A DNA stretch of 64,000 nucleotides, from assembly GCA_040954595.2 (NCBI GenBank), contig CM082581.2, forward strand, positions 3,526,699 to 3,590,698. The letters run 5' to 3'. This document shows, in pieces, positions 54,129-64,000 of the stretch. The position numbers and the translations under genes are program-made. Source of the stretch: Balanoglossus misakiensis (lineage: Eukaryota; Animalia; Hemichordata). Position 1 is the stretch's first letter. Every line of letters begins with the position of its first letter. A model generated the notes under the pieces. The model was not told the origin of the DNA and did no database searches. It was given only the letters and a program-made list of their open reading frames with translations.

Positions 54129-54664
54129 GTAAGATAATCTTTTGTACACTCTTTTCTGCATTCACACAGGGACCATTGAAACGTTTCTGAAACGTCTCAG
54201 CTCAAATACTGGCATAAATTATTATGTCTGAAGTTTTGAACGGTTCAAGTGGTCCTGGAACGTTTCAGATTTGAGATGGCTTTAAACACCTCTCTACGAC
54301 ACATTTCCTATGGAGCCGAGCATCAGGTTCTATGCTTAAACTTTGTGCTTGTGGACACAAAGCGACTCAAAGGATTAATCCTCTGTGTTTACAAATGGCA
54401 AATAGTGTCTCTGAAACGTTTCTAGTTTTACCCAGTGTGAATCTGGTATCATTGCCCATAGCTTACCTTTTGAACGTCAACATTTTGTATCCACAGTATT
54501 TGATCACGTTTTAGAGTTATGTGTATTTACACGTATAATTCTCCCCGGAAGTTGTTTGTGCTGGTGTTTGCAACGTGCATCAAAAATGTGTTATTGTAAA
54601 TTCCTGAAAATTTGAAATATAGCAATGTTGAAATAACAAAGTGACTATTGAAGTGCTTGATTAA

Positions 54665-55168
54665 AGGCACATAAGCTGTAACTTTCGGGATAATTTTCAT
54701 AATTTTTGTTTCACACTGAACTACCATTAGTCCATGCAGATGAAGGCAGTGAACTATACACAAGCATAATAAACCCTAAATATGAGTGCATATGCAAGTT
54801 TTAACCAGATAAATAATAAAGCTTTGCCGCAAGCGATTATGGCCGCCACCGTGGGAAAATGAAAGAAACAATGAAAATGTCGCATTTCCGGTTGTGAAAC
54901 TTCATAAACAAAACATGATCTTATCCACTTGAGCTCATGGAAGTAAATGTACACCACTGAGACATCAGATTTTCATTTTTCATTGCAATATTGCACTTTT
55001 TTAAAAATTTCAGGAATTTTCGTTTTTCTGTAATTTTTGGCCAATTTGTCATAAATAAGTGTTGAGCTTGATATATTATCATGAAATAGCATTTAATACA
55101 TATAATTAAAAGCATATATGAGATTATTTAAAACATTGATTTTTTATCCAGTTGCAGCTTACGTGCCT
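54665..55168. mobile_element. Kolobok-like MITE
   Basis: TTAA-AGGCACATAAGCTGTAACT...AGTTGCAGCTTACGTGCCT-TTAA. Confidence 0.8.
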
Positions 55169-57244
55169 TTAAGCACTTTGTTGCCAAGCTGATTGCATGA
55201 CATAATAATTAATCATGCTTCAACAAGTAGAACTGTAGTTGTATGTTGCAAGTGAAATAATCATAAAAAATTAGAACTAGTTTCCCTTTAAGTAGTGAAA
55301 TCAGTATTGATATATGTTTTAATTTAGTATACTGATCGACGAGAATAGTTACATGTGTTTTAATACAGTAGAATTACTTTATATATACACTGTATATAAA
55401 CTGGTATGAGACCAATTTATTATTGCTGCATGGATATTGTACAAGCGAAATATTAAGTCACTTGGAAAATCTCTCATATACAGTACATGCATCTTCCCCA
55501 AGTTTTAATTTGGTCTGCATGTAATTCAATACTTTACAGTGTTCCTTCAAAGACATTATGATTACACTATTCACAACCTACTTGCACCCCCCAAAAAATC
55601 CACATGATGCAAGAAAAATGTGCAAATTGCGAAGTATACGGTATTCGGGTATACAGGCTGATGTCGTTGCTCAAGTTTACTGAAAGGTTGTGAAAATTAT
55701 AATTCAGTGACTTGCATCTGAATGTAGATTTGACCAGTTTGAAAAACTTGAACTCATTTAAAACCACTGTTGTCATGGTAACAGAGCAGAAACCCCAGAG
55801 TAGCGACGGACACAAAGTGAACATCCAGGCAGGGGCAGTTCCCACCCAAAGGCCTCTCCAGGCTGCAAGGGACCATGTTAGTCATGTTGATATAGTAGTA
55901 ACAGTGTGTAATGTGATAGCAGCGACAAAGAATTCTGTAATGGCCGTCATGGAATGCAGCTTGGGCTGATTATGATGAGAGATCTCCGCAAAAGATGTCA
56001 AAAATAGGATCGGAAGATTGCTGTGTGGAAAGCACTTCAAATGGCACTTCATTAAATTAGAGTTCAACTCTACCTTGTCAAGTCTAGCTGTGACTTTGAC
56101 ATCCACCAGTCACTTTCCTATCAAGCAAATTACAAAATGAATTCTCTTTCATCATGCATATTTTAATAAGTCTAGATATTATAGTATTAAGACACGATTG
56201 ACAAATTTTGAAATGTTGCCTTTCTCGTATCACATAATGACATATGAGTATCAAATGATAACATGAATTTTTATCAAATGATTGCATGAAACTGTTAACA
56301 GTATATTTTGCCATGCTATACATTTCATTAAAAAATCAGATAGGATTAGATTAGATTTTATTTGGATATCAATTTGTTAACTCGTGTAAATGTTAACAGG
56401 CAAAAGTTAGTAGGCCAACTATAAACTGGCTGCAATCTGCGTCAACCGCATTTTTCTGGTCACATTTTTATGTTGTAAATTGGTGTCATGTACAGGGAGT
56501 TAGCATGGACTGAAAGGTAAACTTTTAACGGCAGGCGGTTTAGACCATTCAGGGGGGATAGTGGGTGTAGCTGTGAGCTGATATGGGGCCAGGTCACAAG
56601 GATTACGACCATCCCATTAATTTGCCTTGAACTAACATTCGCACAGGAGGGATAGGGAGTGGTTCGTTTTTAAGTCTCGATTAGAATTGAGTTGTTGACG
56701 TCTGCTAGCTTGAGTTTGGCCATTTCACCCTAAAATGATCTATTTGTTCTGGTACGGCTGTCAAATGTTCATAATTCCTTGCATTGTCAGCATAAGTTTG
56801 AAATCGTTGCCACCAACTGAATAAGTTGTATTGGTATTATTCCAGAATATGACTAAATGGTAAATGTTGCTCTACATGTACAAACATAGTTTGTAGAATT
56901 ATAAAGGAAACGGTTTGTAGAATTCACTACTAGAAAACCTCATAGTGATCTGCAGTAATTGAATCATGTACAGCATTGTCGAATGTAAGTGGCATGATTC
57001 AGTGCACAACATGTGAAAATCATGTGACATGATATCAAAGAAAACCAGTCATTCTTCAGACAAATTGTTTTAATTTCCAGCAGTTAGTATAATTGTTATC
57101 TGGATAGATTCCTAGTGAGTATATGGAGTGTTTAATCAATTAGATCCAATTTGTTGAATAAACAATTATGTTAACATTTATTTACCACTGCTCATATCAG
57201 TCTGATGTCAGTTTTAATGAGGTTCTTCACATAATCTGGCCCCT

Positions 57245-57247
<3 letters not shown>

Positions 57248-57284
<37 letters not shown>

Positions 57285-57317
57285 GTCAGTCAGTCAGTCA
57301 GTCAGTCAGTCAGTCAA
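57248..57317. repeat. Compound (ATCA)n(GTCA)n microsatellite
   Basis: Directly visible. Confidence 0.95.
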
Positions 57318-57394
57318 CCAAAATTACAAATAATATAGATTTTTCTCACATTATTGTTGGGCCAATTATATTTTAGAGTTTTGTGTTATACATC

Positions 57395-57571
57395 ACTTCG
57401 TGAAATACGCGAGAGCCAAAAAACGTGAAAATAAAAGGTTGTGTTAAATGTTTTTCGGAGATACATGTAACTATCCAGTAAAAATAAGAGAACGCGAAAA
57501 TTAATCCTCGCGTAACAGTTGCCTCCTTTGATATCACGAAAATTTCCTCGTGATAATAACCTGTTTTACAG
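57395..57571. mobile_element. Partial CTGTAAAA-family MITE (reverse of the 44845 copy)
   Basis: GAAATACGCGAGAGCCAAAAAACGTGAAAAT...AATAACCTGTTTTACAG-TA. Only one end is present. Confidence 0.65.
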
Positions 57572-60500
57572 TATTATGTCAAATTCAATTCGTTCCATGA
57601 TAATTGATATGATCCAGTATGGACCCTGTGATGGCTATTTTATTTTCAGTTCTGTCATGTCCAGAGTCATTTTACTTAGACATGGCTTGAGCAACTCGGT
57701 CCAAACTAATGGAAAAGGGGCTGAGTGTTCCTTGACCACATAATCACTTCAATATGCTTCCTGGTAGTCCTCTAACAGATGTAGTCTTCAGTTGCCATGG
57801 AACAGACTCCATCTGTGGGTCTGTCCATCTGTTCGTTGAGTCTGACCTTGGATTATGTAGTGGATTGGATTTTCTTTAGTTTCCTTTACATTTTCTGGCA
57901 GTTATGGAACGTTCATGTCAGCATCACTCATTCCAAGATCATAAAACCTCACTCTTACCTTCATTGAGGACATTTGGGATCAACATGTGCCTGCATGTGT
58001 TTACCATAACATTGACAACGATCAGCAACTGGAACTTCAAGTCTGCTTTGAGTGATTTCAACATTTCACAGCCCAGGTCATTTACATATAACACACAATT
58101 CCTTGATCAACAAGGAAAATAATGAACCGGTAATGATATGTAAATTTGATTACGTCAAAGTTATCAAAAAAGGGGTTTTGCAAACAGTATTCTTTAAAAT
58201 TTAAAAACTAAGAAATGGGCTTTCCAATGAATTCTTACTGACACTGATGATTGTCCTTTATCATGCTTTAAATAAATCAAATCAAATCAATCATAAGCAA
58301 TTAATGATGAGACATCAGCATCCCATGATTACATTTTTGATAATCAAATTTCTATGAAGTTTGAATTTGTGCAAAAAAGATGACCTTTTTGAAGCTCTGT
58401 GGACTGATTCTTTTACATATGATGACTTCAGTCATGTATTGAAGGCTAATGCCTTCACGTGTCATGTCTCTGACAACTGAGCGTCAGTTGCGACCTGTGA
58501 CCTTCAGGGTAGCCTGAAAGGTCACCATTGATGGAAGTGTTACTTTTGCACTCTGACTTTTCATCAAAATAAAAATATGTATGTTAAAACTTTTGCCTGG
58601 TGGCGGCAATCAAAAATAACACTTTTAAAGATTTTTTTTTTTTTTTTTTTTTGGGGGGGGGGGGTTTACTTCATAGTGTATCTAAAAATGAGATATATAT
58701 TAGGTGTATTGTTTTACACTGCCATTTTGAAGAATGCTATGTAGAATGCAGTACATTATATTTTTATTTTGGCAGATTAAATCTGTGACATAGATATGAA
58801 AAGTTTTTAATGCAAAAAAAACCCCCAAAACATATTAATGTATGTAAAAGTACAGAGCATACTAAACTGATATGATGTAAGTTGTACTGAGGTAGGAGTG
58901 GCCCAGATACGCAACTAGAATGACGTCCACATATCTGCCGTAGCAAAGACTGTTCAACCAATCAGAATGTTACTGGTAAATAACTAGCAAATATCTCCTA
59001 GCTGAAATAACTCTTGCAAGTTGCAGTTTGATGTATAATTTGGTATCATTTATTAGGGCAAATATATGAATAAAAAATCTTGATTTAAAAAAAATGCAGA
59101 AAAATTGTTAGTTTGCACATTATGGAAAAGCACAAGCCTCTTGTGATATGAGGCAGTTACATATATTGCAATCATTCTAATAAGAACGCAGTCAACATTT
59201 TTCATTTGGACATTTATATGGCACAAAATACAGGAGCGTGTACAATGTACGTGTGTGTGCGTGCATGCGTGCGCACACCCATGTGAATGCGTCTCTCAGA
59301 AATGTTATTTTTAGATCTTGTTTGCTGAAGAGACATTGATGCTAGAGATAGTTGTTATCAGTTCAGTGGGTGGGCTTGCATCAGTATCAAATGCTATCTT
59401 TAGTAATGATAGCAGACATGTAGAGGCTGCTGAAAGGTGGTCAGACAGGCGAGCCAGATTTTGACCGTACAGGAGACAAAAGAATTATCATCAGTGAAAG
59501 GGGTCATAATTTTCATGGTTTCCTCTTTTATTCTGAGCCTCGGCAGATCATGTTGTCTGTTCATGTCTGTTTTTTGCTGTCCTATGTGAATGGCTTCTTT
59601 CTGATTTTGGCAGCATATAACAGCTAGGGCATATATATCTTTAAGGTGGCACTTGCATAGAACTCAGGCAAATCAAAATCCACACAGTACAGCATCTGAA
59701 ATGGAAGGTTTCTGGTTTACTAGAAGTTTAGCATGCAGAGTGTTTCATGAAAGCGGTTTTATTAATGACCCAAGTCTGGAGAAATGGTTAATGTCACGTG
59801 TCGCTTTGAATTCTGTATCTGCTGTGTTGTTTATCTCCACGAGGCTTACTGCCAAAATTATTCTTTGAAAAGTGTATTACAATATTAGCAAGGTGGTGTA
59901 TAAATTGGCGCATATTATACGTCAAAGAATATACCAATCGCTGTAAATGCTAATTACAATCATGGCTGCTGGTGGAATTGAGGAATAGAATTTAACCTTT
60001 AAATCTTGGCATGCAGAAGTCACAACAGTGCCAATGTCCTCACTTTGTGTGTGCAAGTGTCAGCAGTTCATTGTCCTTGTGACAAGTTTGAAAATTCAGT
60101 TCAAGTATGTGTGAGTTGTGAGTTATTGCTCCAAATTTACAGAAATGGTTACCAGCTAGCACTGGCATCCATATTGGATGATGACTTGATGCAGATTAAC
60201 ATCTGTGTGTTGTGGTGCATTGTTTTTCTGTGGAGTTTTAATCCTGGCTTATCTTACTACCGGTAATCCATCTTTCCGTAAAGCCCCTCTCAACCTCTGA
60301 GGAGACTAATTAAATGGGCGTTAGGACTGGGTGATCATCCACAGTTAACACTGGTGAGGTTATGCCTGAGTTATCTTGTAATAAAGATCTCTTAATAGAG
60401 ATATACCAGCATGGACCCTTTCTCCACCAGTCCCTGACATGACTGCAGCATCTAATCTCATCCACCATTTCCTTGGAATGTAAAGTATTTAGAATTTCGC

Positions 60501-63500
60501 CTCAGGAGAATAGAATTCAGATATCCAGATAAATCATCCTCAGTCAGGGAAGATGAACTGGTTTGTGTAAAGTCTAGCCTAGAAGTCAAGCTGTGTGGTA
60601 CCGGTGATCAAGTTAATATGCCAGTCTTTTCTATGAAGGAGGGTTTTGTGTCTTGGAATTTAGGTGACCTACCCTGGATGTCAGTTCAATGCATGGTGAA
60701 GACCATACATGTATTTCTTTCCAAGACAAATGATGTACCATAGGATTAACAGCAAAGCAAATTCACAAATCAAAGAATTTCAATTGATATTGACTTTGAT
60801 TATTGAAAGAGGGTGGGTATCTGCCAACACAAGATGTTTCATGTGAAAAACTTCACCCAAGGATGAGGAGGTCAAAAGAACCTAAGAATTATAGTTCCAC
60901 TGTATCATAGTCCCTCTTTTACACATTTCAACTTTGTTCCCTCTTTTACCAATTGTTTTGGTCTTGAACGTTCTTGCTGCGAAAGCACTTCCTAACCAAG
61001 CCAAAGTACAATAGTTGCCAATATACGCCCAGCCTGGCCTGAAGTGACACTGATCGCAAAATGGTCTCACCCATATCACTTGACCCGAAGCTAAGCCTGT
61101 TGCCCTTTTTTTTACCATGATTCAAAATACAGTACATTGTAAGTTGATGAAGCCCTAGAATGCAACTTCCGCCAACCCCCCCCCCCCCCCTCAAGTTATA
61201 ATATACATGGTGAAAATAATTTTTCTTGAATAACTGAACCCAAAGCTAACACTATACTGGACTGAACTTCCCCTTTAATTAGCCTTTATTTTGTTTGCAG
61301 GATTTAGACAACTATAAGTTTATTTCAGAGTGAGGCACTTGTGAATTCAGATAATGCGACTTGTTTATTTTATTCTTTTATTCAGAAGTTGAAAATACAA
61401 CATAAATTTTCATATCTTTCACTTCCAGAGTACCCTGAAACTTGAATCACTAATTGTAAATAGGGTGTAACTTTTCCGGTGCTTTTCCATAAGTATTTAA
61501 GTCATTTCCTGTGGGTGGAAGTTGTAAGTATATTCCTGGTGGGTTTTAATCTGATTGATGTTTGTGGTTGAAGTCCCCCTGAGAGCAAGTAGTGTTTTTT
61601 TTAGTCTACACTTCACTTTGATGCGTTTATTTTAAACAATTAATGAAGTGGAAGAAAAGTCTCCCTCTCCCTCTGCAGTAGATTTTAGACTCTCGCCTTG
61701 AAATTCTTCAGAGACTTCTGCAATGCTGGCAATTTTGTTTGAATTTGAAGGATACTGGTATAAAAAGCAAAATAAGCATTCCTAAATATCTGTCATGTTT
61801 GGACTGTCTGGCTGTCTGATCGTGAAGTCCTGAATGTTACAGAAATTTGAGATTCTTCAGCATTTTTCCTTTAAAAAAAGGCGATGTAGCTTAAAGGGTG
61901 ACAATCGTCATATGCACATGTGCCAGACCAGAGACTCTGGTTACAGAAATTGTATAGTATACAGTCAATTGCATAAGCCTTTGTGTTGTCCTAATAATAT
62001 ACAAGATGGTGGCGACCATATTCTGTGTCAGAGATCAGGAAAAGACAGCAAATTGGGTGAAAAGAAGGGACAAAACTAAAGTCTACTTATACACTGTGCA
62101 TGAAATATGGAAGGAAGCGAAGGCAGTCTACTATTTGAATCTGTCAAACGCAAAATTTGGATTTGACGTAATGTTTGTACACACGACATTACGCATAATG
62201 TGAAGTGTGTCCAGAATTACTATTTCAGGTTATCCTACTCATAATTATTTTATCCACCAGAAAATACGTGAAATACGGTGGTCTTTCTTGACAAAATTTT
62301 GCAAGAATTTAAGTCCAACCTTGAACTTGGATATCTATCGTAAAATGACTTGACTAAACTGTTTATAACCCATCCAACTATTTTTATAGTATTTTGCACA
62401 GTGCATGTTTTGGAAATGCCACTCCCCAGATCATAGTTTGGGTCAAAGGTCAGATGATTTACGGCGAGAAATGCAAAAAATTGTTTATGATATTGAAGAA
62501 AAGCTCATCTTACTCACTTCATTGAACACACAGACACTAACAAGTACATATTTTTTAAGCATGACTACAGAAAAAAGGACAATCCTCAGAAGTTGAACAA
62601 ACAAAAATCTTTGGAATGCAGTTGACTTACATATTTCAATTTAGTCAGTAAGCATCAGTTTTTTTTGGTAAAAAATATAATAATAATATTTATTTATTAT
62701 TGATACTGTGAAGAATTGGGAAAAGAAGTGCAATTCAATGGATACTTAAAATTAATTAGATGATCCTATATTTCAGTATTAGCCTGATAATTCTCAGTAC
62801 TTAAATCACTAAAGTTGACAACACAAAAGCTACTTACTATACTGTGACATAGAACAGAATATTAAAAGGATCACAGAGATTAAAATAGAGGAAAATATTC
62901 CTTTAGCAATTTTGAAAATCTTGGAGTCCTTGCATTAAAATTATCTGAAGAATTCATCATACATTATTTTTTTATGCAACAGACTTATCAGATTGATCCA
63001 TACAATAGCCGGGATAAACGCAAAGCAATCTGAAAATGAAATTCTTTAGTTTTCAAGGTTAGTTATTTTGGGTGCAGAGGCAGGCAGATAACTGTCTACA
63101 TTCCTTTGTATGTCATATAAAAATATTTTATTAGCTATAAGGGTATTTCATTAATCATCGCATCGCAGGGAAAGTTATGCAAAGTCTGTCAGAATCATTC
63201 CAGGGGACGAATGCAGACAGTAATCTTCCTCATTAAAATATTCTTGAAGGCCAGTCATTGAGATATTCTCCAAATTGATTAATTAATTTTCTTGTTATTT
63301 TATTTTGGCAAGATGAGGCAATTACACACAAATCTTGAAATACTCTACTCAAACATTTTTTTTCAGATTCTTCTTGTTTGTAACAATCATGCAAATAAAC
63401 ATCATGAACTTTCAGAAAATCTGACGACGAAAACTTATTTATAACTTCTCTCTTTGAAAATACCAATTTTAAAAATTTCCATTATTAATATTTGATGTGA

Positions 63501-64000
63501 TGATATTGATCTGAAAACAGTGTTCGTAGTGTGGAATAGAATATAATAACAATTGAATGGAAAGAAAACATGATTGTCATTTTAATAGAACCAGTGCTAG
63601 TGATAAGACTTTACAAGTGTTATCTGATGACGTCTTAATTAAACCTGCCCTGTGCCTTCAGTGTATTACTGTTATTGTTAATTTATTTTGCATATTATTT
63701 CCCCAGTGACTGCATAGAAGTCATGACGTTAAAATTGGCAGTGTGCCAAAATGGTAGAAACTGACTTGGTGGAACAGCTGAAGTTTGTAACCTTTGACCT
63801 TCTGGTCATACAATCAATCCTGAGAAAAGCCAACTGGAGTGGTCTTGGTAGTATGTGTGGCTGAGTTACAGCCCTTATTGACCACCAGTTTATAGGTCAT
63901 GTGTTTTGGAGCAGACTTAATAGTCTAGAATTCAGACTCATGTGGGTTTTTTTGCTATGCTCCGCACACAGTCCAAGTTTCCTTGTCTAATTTTCGATTT

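Noticed and set aside
55712-55969. 85-aa ORF in the HSPA12 intron
   Set aside because: Not HSPA12-like; more likely a decayed LINE 3' end.
55769-57804. X-box-like palindromes GTTGTCATGGTAAC and GTTGCCATGGAAC
   Set aside because: Similar motifs are scattered through the window far from start sites, so function cannot be supported.
61301-61333. TTTGCAG|GATTTAGAC as the next HSPA12 exon
   Set aside because: In-frame stop after 10 codons and no match to the expected HSPA12 sequence.

Overview
AT-rich, intron-containing animal genomic DNA, not prokaryotic. An invertebrate such as a marine deuterostome is plausible, but the sequence alone does not fix the organism. I built the gene models by hand from GT-AG junctions with matching phases. 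They are: an intronless orphan class-A GPCR (minus strand); a complete 9-exon glutaredoxin-3/PICOT gene (minus); a divergently transcribed 4-exon class-I SAM methyltransferase resembling JHAMT (plus); and the 5' part of an HSPA12-family Hsp70 gene (plus), which appears to carry a ~1000-aa acidic, disordered N-terminal exon. Mobile DNA is abundant. It includes an internally deleted DIRS-group (Ngaro/PAT-type) retroelement with perfect split direct repeats in GLRX3 intron 2, and a decayed THAP-encoding element with Kolobok-like ends. There is also a spliced ORF joining an RFX-like winged helix to a P-transposase-like N-terminus, a ~1.5-kb palindrome of nested TAG...CTA elements, and many MITEs. 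Family assignments come from motifs recognised by eye; no database search was run.
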